Assembly (NCBI GenBank): GCA_027317185.1
Contig: DAHVFB010000048.1
Location: forward strand, 1-27,396
Origin: Deltaproteobacteria bacterium
Lineage (GTDB): Bacteria; Desulfobacterota; Binatia; Binatales; Binataceae
Direction: 5' to 3'
DNA length: 27,396 bases
Shown here: in pieces, positions 19,076 through 27,039 of the stretch
How positions within the stretch are numbered: position 1 is the stretch's first letter
Layout: every line of letters starts with the position of its first letter
Program-made: the position numbers and the translations under genes
The notes under the pieces: model-generated
Database searches by the model: none
The model's input: the letters and a program-made list of their open reading frames with translations, nothing else
Told to the model about the DNA's origin: nothing

Positions 19076-21598
19076 TCAAAACAGGCCTTTGAACTTGTTC
19101 AGTGGATTGGACGGCGTCGGCGATCCTTGCGGAGCAGTCCCGCCACCCGCATTGCCGCCGCCAAAAATCCCACCGAGCCCGTTCTTGCCTAAAAATTTAC
19201 CGATCGCCTTCTGCCCCTTTTGTTGGATGGCCTGCGCGGCTGCCCGTTGCGCGAGATCGGCAACATCGGGCACCACCGCCGGCCGGGGCAGTTGACCAAC
19301 GATCCGCAACGGGATCGCCACCTGGCCATTCTGATTCTGCAGGTACACGACGTTCTTCTTGTTCGCCCGTATTTCGCTGCTGAACTGCGGCGTCAGCAGG
19401 AGGCGAATTGCCATGTCAATTTGTTTGTTGAGATCGAACCAGCCCTCGCCCAGCGCCTGATAGTCACTCGCCGCGACGGTCAGATCGTGCGTGGTGATGC
19501 GCGGGCCTTCGATAACGAAACTCAGCTTCGCCTGGTCGATATCGGTATTGGGGTTTTTGAACAGTTCCGGATGACGCGCGATCACCGGCATCGGCAGCAA
19601 TGCCCCGATTCCGGGAATGTGATCGACTTTTTTCAGCGCAGTCGCCGCCACATTGATGCCGATCAACTCGCCCTTGTTCACGGTGAGCTTGCCATTACCG
19701 GCCAGCGTCGGTTTGATCTGATCGAAATTGATCCCCGCGCCCGACGCTTTAACCTCACCGGTCACGATGCCGCGAACGATTCCGGCAGCGTTCATCTTCT
19801 GCGAGGCCAGCGCCTGCTGAATATCCACGTTGCCCAGGTCGGCGGTGAGATTGAAGTGATGGGCCGCCGCCAATTCCGCCGTCGCGGTCGCGTTAATCGC
19901 GCCGCCAAAAGCGCCGAGCGTCAGCGACTTAATTACCGCCTCATGGTTTGCATATTGGGCCGCCAGTTTCAGATTTTGATAGGCGGCATTATTCACGTCG
20001 CCCGACGGCGAAGTGAGGTTCGCCGTGACCGAAACTTGGCTGGGGGTACCCGAGGCGGTCCCATCGATCTTTAAATTGTTCAATATTTCGTTCGGCGGGC
20101 GGGACGGAAGCAGATTGGCGGTTTTCAGTTGATCCGCACTCAAACTATAGGTGGCCTGAAGCGGATGAATCGAGGCCGCATGCGCCACCAGTTGCGCATG
20201 GCCGCCGCCGAGCACGAAATTCAGCGGCCCGATATCCGCCGCATTCCCTCTCATTTTGAGGTCGCCGCTCAAGCCTTCAATGCCTGGAAGGTTGCCGCCC
20301 GGCGAGAGCGCTACGTTGGCCAGCGTCAGGGTCCCATCCATGGTCGTCGCGTTCTGCACTATCGCAACGTTGGCGTGAATCTCAGCCGCGCCCGCACTCT
20401 TATACTTTTGCAAGGCCACGACGATCTGGCTCAGCGGCCCGAGATCGAAGCGATTGCTGTCGAGCCGCGCCGCCATCCGCCCGGGCTGAATCTCAACGTT
20501 GGTGGCTTTTAGTCGAATATCCGCCAGCGTGAGGTTTGCAGTTTTGACTAGCAAGTTGCCGTCTGCGCGCGAGCCACTGGCGGTGACGATCAATGGAACC
20601 CCGGCCGGTTTCTCCAGTATGCCCGCGTAAGCCACTTTGTCGCTGCTGAGATCGGTATTGAGATCGAAAACTGGACGCTCCAGCGTGCCCGCAACCTTGC
20701 CCTTCGCCGCGATCGATCCATCGACCGCCAGCGGCGGCGGAATCGCGCCGGCCAGCGGCTTTATCGCGCGCAAATCCGCGAGCTGGAGCGGTCCCGCCTC
20801 GAAACTCATCGCGAGCGGCGTCTGCTGAAGGTTCAACGCGCCGCCGCTCATCAGCGGCCCCATCTGTCCCTTGAGCTTCAGGTCCTGCCGGTCGGCGAGC
20901 GCGGCCATCGCAAGCGTCAGATCGAAGGGCGCATCGGCGCGGAAATGCTCGAGGTCGAGGTCCAGCCGCCGGATAGCGATCGGATCCGGTCCCCACGCCG
21001 CGTCCTGGTAGAAAACGGTGCCGTTGGCGATGATCAGGCTGTTCAAATCCAGCGCGTTGAGCGGATTAGCCACGGCTTTCGATTGCGGTGCGGCTTCCAT
21101 CGGCATCGCATGCAGCGCCGGCGCGGTCGGCTCGATACCGGGGGTTGCCGCTACTGGCATCTGCTGGCGCGAGCTTTTGCGGCCGAGGCTGGCGACGTTC
21201 AGATCGCCGGCCTGGTTGCGAATAATACGAATCGTGGGACTGTTGATTTCGAGCTGGGCGATTCTGACCCGCTTCGACAGCAGCGGGAGCAATTCGACTT
21301 TGCAGTTCACGTCCTGGGCGGTCATGAGCGGCTGATTCGAGAACGCCGGATCGCCCGCTATCGTCACTCCGCTCAAATCGATTGAAATGCCCCATCCGAG
21401 GCTGCCCTTGATCGACGAGACCTCCACTTTCCGTCCCAGCGCATCGCTGGCCGAAGCCACAATCCGATCCCGGTTAGCTTCGACGATCGAATTCAGATTC
21501 AGAATCGCATAGACGAACAGCCCGGCGATGACGACGATACCGATACCGAGGATAGAGCCTCCGAGGATAGAGCCTCCGATGATCAACGCTCGTCGCAT
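19076..21598 (-). CDS. AsmA-family outer-membrane biogenesis protein (N-terminal TM anchor, long beta-rich periplasmic body)
   Basis: 840 aa with an N-terminal TM helix (ILGIGIVVIAGLFVYAIL). A Gly/Ala/Asn-rich repetitive body with DLxxxxV/I periodicity and a C-terminal Gly-rich tail resemble the AsmA/TamB-like family. Its stop abuts the mutS2 stop (TGATCA). Confidence 0.65.
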   Translation of the reverse strand: MRRALIIGGSILGGSILGIGIVVIAGLFVYAILNLNSIVEANRDRIVASASDALGRKVEVSSIKGSLGWGISIDLSGVTIAGDPAFSNQPLMTAQDVNCKVELLPLLSKRVRIAQLEINSPTIRIIRNQAGDLNVASLGRKSSRQQMPVAATPGIEPTAPALHAMPMEAAPQSKAVANPLNALDLNSLIIANGTVFYQDAAWGPDPIAIRRLDLDLEHFRADAPFDLTLAMAALADRQDLKLKGQMGPLMSGGALNLQQTPLAMSFEAGPLQLADLRAIKPLAGAIPPPLAVDGSIAAKGKVAGTLERPVFDLNTDLSSDKVAYAGILEKPAGVPLIVTASGSRADGNLLVKTANLTLADIRLKATNVEIQPGRMAARLDSNRFDLGPLSQIVVALQKYKSAGAAEIHANVAIVQNATTMDGTLTLANVALSPGGNLPGIEGLSGDLKMRGNAADIGPLNFVLGGGHAQLVAHAASIHPLQATYSLSADQLKTANLLPSRPPNEILNNLKIDGTASGTPSQVSVTANLTSPSGDVNNAAYQNLKLAAQYANHEAVIKSLTLGAFGGAINATATAELAAAHHFNLTADLGNVDIQQALASQKMNAAGIVRGIVTGEVKASGAGINFDQIKPTLAGNGKLTVNKGELIGINVAATALKKVDHIPGIGALLPMPVIARHPELFKNPNTDIDQAKLSFVIEGPRITTHDLTVAASDYQALGEGWFDLNKQIDMAIRLLLTPQFSSEIRANKKNVVYLQNQNGQVAIPLRIVGQLPRPAVVPDVADLAQRAAAQAIQQKGQKAIGKFLGKNGLGGIFGGGNAGGGTAPQGSPTPSNPLNKFKGLF
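21546..21575 (-). repeat. 2x tandem 15-bp repeat (CCGAGGATAGAGCCT) encoding GGSILGGSILG at the AsmA-family N-terminus
   Basis: Direct inspection. Confidence 0.7.
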
Positions 21599-22293
21599 CA
21601 GCCACCTCTCACCTGCAGGCGCTCCAGTTCGTGCCGAATCAGCCGGGCGAGCCGATCTTCATAATCCGTGAGCGAGACTATGCCCGCTCTGCGCATCCCG
21701 ACGATGTTGGCGGTTGATGGATGCATAAATGGAATAACTCGAATGCCCCTAAGACTACGATGGACCTTGCCATGCGCCAAGTTCAATTTTACGTCGTAAC
21801 CCAACGCCGCGCGCGCGGCGCGGACGCCAAAGGCCAGGATCAGTCGCGGGCGCACCAGATCGAGCTCCGGTGCCAGTTTCTCCGCGGTGCAGATGCGGAC
21901 TTCGCTCGCGATCGGAGATCGATTGGCGCCGGTCGCACTTGCGGGCCAGCACTTCACCGTATCGGTGAGGTAAAAGATATCCTCCAGTTCGATTTCGCTC
22001 GGCGCAACTGCGCGGGCGAAAGCTCGGCGGATAGTCAGATTGCGCGGATTCGAAAATCCGCGGCCATTATCGAGTGAAACCCGCCCCGGCGCCTCGCCGA
22101 GGATCATCAGTCCGAACCGCGGCGTACCGTGCGCGTCAGCGGGGAATTTTCGCCACGGCGCAATGGTTGTGCAGCGCCGGCAGGCGACCGTTTCGCACCA
22201 CCATTGATGCACGATTTGCTCGAGATCCCGAGCAATATCCCGGTTCGGCTCTGTCATTTTCCATTGGAAGCCACGTGTGCGTCCAATCGCCAA
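21598..22293 (-). CDS. Uracil-DNA glycosylase superfamily protein, family-4-like (Fe-S type)
   Basis: Motif A is ILGEAPG and motif B is FMHPS. The Cys pattern (CxxxxCxxC ... C-x18-C) is consistent with the [4Fe-4S] cluster of family-4 UDGs. The stop overlaps the asmA-family start (ATGA). Confidence 0.6.
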   Translation of the reverse strand: MAIGRTRGFQWKMTEPNRDIARDLEQIVHQWWCETVACRRCTTIAPWRKFPADAHGTPRFGLMILGEAPGRVSLDNGRGFSNPRNLTIRRAFARAVAPSEIELEDIFYLTDTVKCWPASATGANRSPIASEVRICTAEKLAPELDLVRPRLILAFGVRAARAALGYDVKLNLAHGKVHRSLRGIRVIPFMHPSTANIVGMRRAGIVSLTDYEDRLARLIRHELERLQVRGG

Positions 22294-22320
22294 CAGATAA
22301 CATAAGTCAGGAACATTCAG

Positions 22321-23085
22321 ATGGCGCGCAAAGGAAAATCCCGGAGCCAGCCCCCCAAGCCGGAATCCTCCAAGCCGGTGTTTCCTTCGCCGTTCAAGGA
22401 TCTCCGTAAAATGATCGGCGACGGGCGCCCAAACCCCGCACCGGCCACGACAGCGATCAAACTACCCGCCGCGCCATCCCAAGCAGTTTCACCTGCTCCG
22501 CAAATCAACGACGAGGCTCTGTTTCGCGAGGCGATGGACGGCGCGCGGCCGTTGTCCGGTCCGCGCAAGGCCCGCGTGGCGATTGAGCCGCGCGTAGCGG
22601 TCAACATCGTGAGCGAAGAATCGGAGGTGCTGGCGGAGCTTTATGACCTGGTATCCGGCCAGGGGCCGTTCGAACTTACCGAAACCGAGGAATACGTCGA
22701 GGGCGCGCGGAACGGAATCGATCCGCGGGTGGTGAGCCGCCTGCGGCGCGGCGAGTTCGCGCTGCAAGGGCATATCGATCTGCACGGGATGGTACGCGAA
22801 GAAGCCAAGCGCGCGCTGACGGATTTCATCATCGATTCGCTGCACAAGGGCCGCCGCGCAATCCTGGTGGTGCATGGTCGCGGCCACGGATCGCCGGGCG
22901 GGCGTCCGATCCTGAAACATCTTACCGCACGTTGGCTCTCGCACGGGGTGATCGGCGGCTACGTGCTGGCGTTTACCTCGGCGCGGCCCAACGACGGCGG
23001 CGCGGGCGCGATGTACGTGCTGCTGCGGCGCGAGCGCCGCCGCGGCCAGTTCGAGGTGCTCAACGGCACCCACGGGCGCGACTGA
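22321..23085 (+). CDS. Smr-domain protein (SmrB/YfcN-like) with a disordered Pro/Ala-rich N-terminal region
   Basis: The C-terminal Smr domain is HIDLHGMVREEAKRALTDFIIDSLHKGRRAILVVHGRGHGS...GRPILKHLTARWL. Confidence 0.75.
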   Translation: MARKGKSRSQPPKPESSKPVFPSPFKDLRKMIGDGRPNPAPATTAIKLPAAPSQAVSPAPQINDEALFREAMDGARPLSGPRKARVAIEPRVAVNIVSEESEVLAELYDLVSGQGPFELTETEEYVEGARNGIDPRVVSRLRRGEFALQGHIDLHGMVREEAKRALTDFIIDSLHKGRRAILVVHGRGHGSPGGRPILKHLTARWLSHGVIGGYVLAFTSARPNDGGAGAMYVLLRRERRRGQFEVLNGTHGRD

Positions 23086-23170
23086 GCGTTACCGGATACT
23101 TCTCCGACTGAGACATGCTAGATCGTGAGCGGAACCGGCAGGCAGCCGATCGAGCTTTGGGAGGGGAACA

Positions 23171-24349
23171 ATGGCGTCGATTAAACGACTGGTCAAATTA
23201 AACGGCGGTTCGGGAACACGGGATGCAGATCCAGCAAAGATCAAGCTTTTTGGCGCCCTGAAATTAGTCGTAATCCTCGGCATCGGCATAATGCTGATGA
23301 TGATCCTGACCACCCGGGCGTGCGACCTGATCGATTCGCAGAGCCGTTTCGGCATCGCCTCGGGCGTGGTGCTGTTGTCGCTCGCCTTCGGCATACTGGC
23401 CGCGCTGGTGCTCAAAGGCATCCAGTTATCGATCAAAACCATGAAGCGGCTCGGGATGATGGCGATCGCGGTCGTGATCCTGGCTGCCGTCAACGGCTGT
23501 AAATATGTCCCGCCCGGCTATGTCGGAATCAAAGTCGATTTGTATGGACCGCAACGCGGCGTACAGGATCTGCCGATCGTGACCGGACGGATTCTCTATA
23601 ATCCCTGGACCGAGCAGATTTATGAGTTTCCCACCTTCATGCAGTACAACATCTGGACGGTAAGCCCGAACGAGGGCCGCGGATTGGATGAAAGCCTCAC
23701 CTTCGTCACCAAGGATCGAATCCAGGTTAACGTCGATGTCAGCGTCGCGTATCAATTCATGCCCGATAAGGTGGCTCAGCTTTTCATCATCTTCCGCCAG
23801 CCACCCGAAGTGATCGCGGACACCTATATTCGATCCCGGGTGCGCGATGCGTTTACCCGCGATGGGGCTACGCTCAATGCGATGGACGTGCTGGGGGCCG
23901 GGATTTCGCAGCTCGACGCCGACGTGAAGAAAACGGTGGACGCCGAGATGGCGCCGCTTGGAATCCGTTTCGATTACATTTCAATCATCAACAAGCCCCG
24001 CATTCCCCCGCAAATTCAGGAGGCGATCGAGCAGGCGCTGGAGGCTACGCAGCGCGCTCAGACCGCACAAAATCAAGTGGCCGTAGCCGAGGCCGAGGCC
24101 CGTCAGAAGGTCGCTGTAGCGCAGGGAAACGCCAACGCGTTACGGACCGAGGCGCAGGGCCGCGCCGACGCGCTGCTGATGGAGAAAGAGGCTGAGGCCA
24201 AAGCCAACCAGCTAATCGCAGCCAGCATGACGCCACAGCTCATCCAGTACATGGCGATTCAGCGCTGGAAAGGCGAGGTTCCGACGTGGCAGACCGCTGG
24301 CGGCCAGGCCTCGATTCCGTTCGTCTCGATGCAGCCCCCGACGCGCTGA
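23171..24349 (+). CDS. SPFH/band-7 (stomatin/prohibitin/HflKC-like) membrane protein (start uncertain; possible alternative start at MKRLGMMAIAVVILAAVNGC ~23441)
   Basis: The SPFH core is ...GIKVDLYGPQRGVQDLPIVTGRILYNPWTEQIYEF...VNVDVSVAYQ... A coiled-coil Ala/Gln/Glu-rich C-terminus follows (QAIEQALEATQRAQTAQNQVAVAEAEARQKVAVAQGNANALRTEAQ). 2-3 N-terminal hydrophobic segments are present. Confidence 0.8.
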   Translation: MASIKRLVKLNGGSGTRDADPAKIKLFGALKLVVILGIGIMLMMILTTRACDLIDSQSRFGIASGVVLLSLAFGILAALVLKGIQLSIKTMKRLGMMAIAVVILAAVNGCKYVPPGYVGIKVDLYGPQRGVQDLPIVTGRILYNPWTEQIYEFPTFMQYNIWTVSPNEGRGLDESLTFVTKDRIQVNVDVSVAYQFMPDKVAQLFIIFRQPPEVIADTYIRSRVRDAFTRDGATLNAMDVLGAGISQLDADVKKTVDAEMAPLGIRFDYISIINKPRIPPQIQEAIEQALEATQRAQTAQNQVAVAEAEARQKVAVAQGNANALRTEAQGRADALLMEKEAEAKANQLIAASMTPQLIQYMAIQRWKGEVPTWQTAGGQASIPFVSMQPPTR

Positions 24350-24379
24350 TTGGCGGTAAAAAAACGGGGGCGGGCATCA
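24283..24379 (+). repeat. Left copy of a 97-bp imperfect direct repeat (94/97 identical to 25740..25836). It covers the SPFH 3' end and stop plus an A7 run and half of a hairpin
   Basis: Direct alignment gives GACGTGGCAGACCGCTGGCGG...GATTCCGTTCGTCTCGATGCAGCCCCCGACGCGCTGATTGGCGGTAAAAAAACGGGGGCGGGCATCA, with three mismatches clustered at repeat positions 23-29. Confidence 0.9.
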
Positions 24380-25739
24380 GACAAGCTGCGGCGGCGCGAG
24401 CGCCGCGGCAACGCCACCACCGACGCGACTGAAACGTTACAGGACATGCCGATGCTCCTGCCTCTTTACTGCGTCCGACCTCGACCCCCCGGTGTGAGAC
24501 AATGGGTGGACAATACATCGACTTCGGTGCAACAATAGGCACATGAAGTCGCGTCAATTTGGCCCTATTGACCTGCGTAAGTGGATTATCCAATCTATAC
24601 GAGCTGGTCAACTTAGAATAGTTTCAAGCGCCGCAGCTCAGTTTGGAATTTCCCGTCAAACCGTCCACCGTGAAATTCAGGAGATGATTCGGCAAGGTTT
24701 GCTGACGTCTGCCGGAAATACTCGCGCGCGGCAATATCAGTTGCCAATTATCAACCAATTTGCTGTCGACATGGCGGTCACACCGAATTTGGAAGAAGAC
24801 CTGATCTGGCGAAAACATATTGAACCAATATTTGCTGATTTGCCGCCCAACGTGCAGTTAATCGGCCAACATGGATTTACCGAAATGCTAAACAATGTGA
24901 TCGATCATTCGGGGTCCGTGATAGTTCATCTTTTGGCGCTACGCACTGCCGCGAACGTTTCGATGATGGTATCCGACGAGGGGATCGGCATTTTCAAGAA
25001 AATTTATATGGAGCGGTCGCTCGAGGATCCGCGTCACGCGATTCTGGAGCTTTCCAAAGGCCGGTTAACCACTGATCCGGACAGGCACACGGGAGAGGGA
25101 ATATTCTTCACGTCCCGTATATTCGATCGATTCGCAATTTTGTCCGGGAACCTATCGTTAACGTGCACGCCCGAACAGGGAGATTGGCTGTTTGATTTGG
25201 CCGACTGGGGAGTCAAGGTTGACGAACTGCCGTCCGGTATGCCCGGAACGCAAGTGCTAATGGAGATTAGTGCTTTCAGTGAACGTTCGCTTAAACAAGT
25301 GACGGATGAATTTGCGGGCGAAGATCAAGATTATTCGTTTTCAAAAACTCAGGTGCCGGTGCGGCTCGCTCGATATGGAGCAGAACAACTCGTTTCGAGA
25401 TCGCAAGCCAAAAGATTGCTAACGCGCGTAACCATCTTTAAAGAGGTAATTTTGGATTTTGAAGGGGTCGAAACGATCGGGCAGGCCTTTGCTGATGAGA
25501 TTTTCAGGGTCTTTAAAAAGGACCATCCAGGTACCCATCTGACCGTCTCAAGAGCGAACTCTCAGGTCGCGGCCATGATTAAACATGTTCAGCACAGTTC
25601 CGAATCCCACTTCCCCGCCGTTTAGCCTCTCGGAGAATCTTCAATTCGCGCTAACGAAGGGCGACCGCCGGGGATGTGAATGATGAACCCGTGCCGACGT
25701 ATATCGTATAGCCAAAGCGGAACAGTGGAGGGCGGTTAC
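24380..25739 (+). mobile_element. Candidate ~1.36-kb low-GC insertion/islet bounded by the 97-bp direct repeats, carrying one gene and no recognisable recombinase
   Basis: GC drops visibly (to roughly 48-52%) relative to flanks of ~62-65%. The repeat structure duplicates the target sequence. The element interrupts the SPFH-stop/atpE-terminator junction. Confidence 0.45.
24543..25625 (+). CDS. Three-domain protein: N-terminal winged-HTH, central GHKL (HATPase_c; RsbW/SpoIIAB-like Ser-kinase/ATPase) domain, C-terminal DUF4325 (STAS-like) domain
   Basis: The HTH is WIIQSIRAGQLRIVSSAAAQFGISRQTVHREIQEMIRQGLL. The GHKL N-box is TEMLNNVIDHS, the G1 box SDEGIGIF and the G2-like box TGEGIFFTS. The C-terminal ~90 aa (…AKRLLTRVTIFKEVILDFEGVETIGQAFADEIFRVF…) matches the DUF4325/STAS-like family as remembered. 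The ORF is AT-rich relative to the genome. Confidence 0.65.
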   Translation: MKSRQFGPIDLRKWIIQSIRAGQLRIVSSAAAQFGISRQTVHREIQEMIRQGLLTSAGNTRARQYQLPIINQFAVDMAVTPNLEEDLIWRKHIEPIFADLPPNVQLIGQHGFTEMLNNVIDHSGSVIVHLLALRTAANVSMMVSDEGIGIFKKIYMERSLEDPRHAILELSKGRLTTDPDRHTGEGIFFTSRIFDRFAILSGNLSLTCTPEQGDWLFDLADWGVKVDELPSGMPGTQVLMEISAFSERSLKQVTDEFAGEDQDYSFSKTQVPVRLARYGAEQLVSRSQAKRLLTRVTIFKEVILDFEGVETIGQAFADEIFRVFKKDHPGTHLTVSRANSQVAAMIKHVQHSSESHFPAV

Positions 25740-25836
25740 GACGTGGCAGACCGCTGGCGGCTAGGGCCCGATTCCGTTCGTCTCGATGCAGCCCCCGACG
25801 CGCTGATTGGCGGTAAAAAAACGGGGGCGGGCATCA
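25740..25836 (+). repeat. Right copy of the 97-bp direct repeat. Here the sequence continues into the complete terminator hairpin, and an in-frame TAG disrupts the duplicated SPFH C-terminal coding segment
   Basis: See the left copy. In this copy the SPFH-frame has acquired a TAG (GGCGGCTAGGGCCC). Confidence 0.9.
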
Positions 25837-25848
25837 AGCCCACCCCCG
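25814..25848 (-). terminator. Rho-independent terminator of atpE (minus strand): stem CGGGGGCGGGC / GCCCACCCCCG, loop ATCAA, followed on the minus strand by U7
   Basis: An 11-bp stem (one G-U/T mismatch) lies 33 nt after the atpE stop. The A7 run on the plus strand (25814-25820) is the U-tract on the minus strand. Confidence 0.7.
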
Positions 25849-25880
25849 TGGTCGAACAATTCAGCTTTTCGTTGGATTTG

Positions 25881-26210
25881 TTAGATCTTGGCGTACAGGA
25901 AGAACGCGATCACGAAAGCATACAGGGTCAGCGACTCGACGAACGCCAGGCCGATGATCATCGGGACGAACAACTGGCTGGTGCTGTTAGGATTACGTCC
26001 GATCGACTCCATCGCCGAAGCGGCCAGCTTGCCCTGACCAAGACCGCAGCCGAGCGCCGCGATACCCAGGCCGAGGCCGGTACCAAGGCCGATCAGACCT
26101 CTGCTCATCCCGCCATCGGCAACCGCCGCCGTCTGCGCCATTGCGAATAACGGCGAGCCGAGCATCAGCGCCATCAGGGCGCCCAGGGTCAACCCAATTT
26201 TGCGAACCAT
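25881..26210 (-). CDS. atpE: F0F1 ATP synthase subunit c (AtpE) with a ~30-aa N-terminal signal-peptide-like extension
   Basis: The c-subunit hairpin is GLIGLGTGLGLGIAALGCGLGQGKLAASAMESIGRNPNSTSQLFVPMIIGLAFVESLTLYAFVIAFFLY, with the conserved carboxylate E in TM2. The start is assigned to ATG 26210 (MVRK...) because AAGGAG lies 9 nt upstream. The ORF-track extension to 26258 is rejected. Confidence 0.88.
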   Translation of the reverse strand: MVRKIGLTLGALMALMLGSPLFAMAQTAAVADGGMSRGLIGLGTGLGLGIAALGCGLGQGKLAASAMESIGRNPNSTSQLFVPMIIGLAFVESLTLYAFVIAFFLYAKI

Positions 26211-26339
26211 CCTCTTTTCTCCTTGTTCTCGCGCCGCCGCCCAACCTTGATGGCCCACCGCCTTCTCTTATCATCTCCTCCGATTGCCCGGATTGGCCGG
26301 CGGATCGCGGAATTCAATTTTTTGCGGATATTGAAACGG

Positions 26340-27038
26340 TCAGTGTGCTTCTTCCTGCGCCATCCTGACGTAGGCCATCGCCAGCACCGTGAAGATCAAC
26401 GCCTGCACGATACAAACGATCGAGCCCAGGACATAAAAGATCACCGGGACAACCAGCCTGGTGGCAGAAATTTTGGTGGTGAAAATACCGAGCATCGTAT
26501 GGTCGGCAAACATGTTCGCAAACAGACGGATACCGAGCGAGACCGGGCGGAAAATATGGCTGGCGACCTCGATCGGCAGCATCAGCGGCGCCAAAAACAG
26601 CACTGGACCCAGGAAGGATTTTAGATAACCGAGGCCATTGGCGCGAAACCCATAGTAGTTGTAAAAACCAAACGCGATTATCGCCAAGGCGAAGGTCAGG
26701 TTGGAATCGCTGGTCGGCGGCTCCATCCCGGGCACCAGGCCGAAGAAATTCGCCGCCAGAATAAACACAAACAGGCTGCCGAAAAAGCCGACGAACTCGC
26801 GCGCACCGTGACCGATCACGTCATGGCTAAAACTGTCGAGCCATCCGACCAGCACTTCGCTGATGGAGCGGATACCGACGTGATCTTCGGGCAGTATCGG
26901 ATCCGCCGCGCGATCGATCGATCGGCGGGCGATCAGCGCAAATCCAACCAGCAGACCCATCACGATCCAGGTGCTAACCAGCACCAGCGGGATATGCGTG
27001 GTTCTGGAAATTAATTCTATAAAATTGACAGCCGGCAA
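26340..27038 (-). CDS. atpB: F0F1 ATP synthase subunit a (AtpB)
   Basis: The conserved TM4 Arg region is VSLGIRLFANMFADH. The C-terminal ...ALIFTVLAMAYVRMAQEEAH parallels E. coli ...[20 protein letters not shown]. The apparent start is TTG. Confidence 0.9.
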   Translation of the reverse strand: MPAVNFIELISRTTHIPLVLVSTWIVMGLLVGFALIARRSIDRAADPILPEDHVGIRSISEVLVGWLDSFSHDVIGHGAREFVGFFGSLFVFILAANFFGLVPGMEPPTSDSNLTFALAIIAFGFYNYYGFRANGLGYLKSFLGPVLFLAPLMLPIEVASHIFRPVSLGIRLFANMFADHTMLGIFTTKISATRLVVPVIFYVLGSIVCIVQALIFTVLAMAYVRMAQEEAH

Positions 27039-27039
27039 T

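Noticed and set aside
19220-20512. Plus-strand ORFs (284 aa, 127 aa) antisense to the AsmA-family gene
   Set aside because: They lie inside a long, coherent 840-aa gene on the opposite strand, and no domain signatures were found.
23171-23440. Possible separate small 2-TM gene upstream of the SPFH domain, with a lipoprotein-type start at MKRLGMMAIAVVILAAVNGC
   Set aside because: The frame is continuous with the SPFH domain. The putative lipobox (AVNGC) has Asn at -2 and does not fit the [LVI][ASTVI][GAS]C rule, so it cannot be decided from sequence. It is kept as a single ORF with an uncertain start.
25680-26150. 156-aa plus-strand ORF spanning the right repeat copy and running antisense into atpE
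   Set aside because: It is composed of the degenerate duplicated SPFH 3' segment and the terminator, and it is antisense to atpE. This is not a plausible gene.
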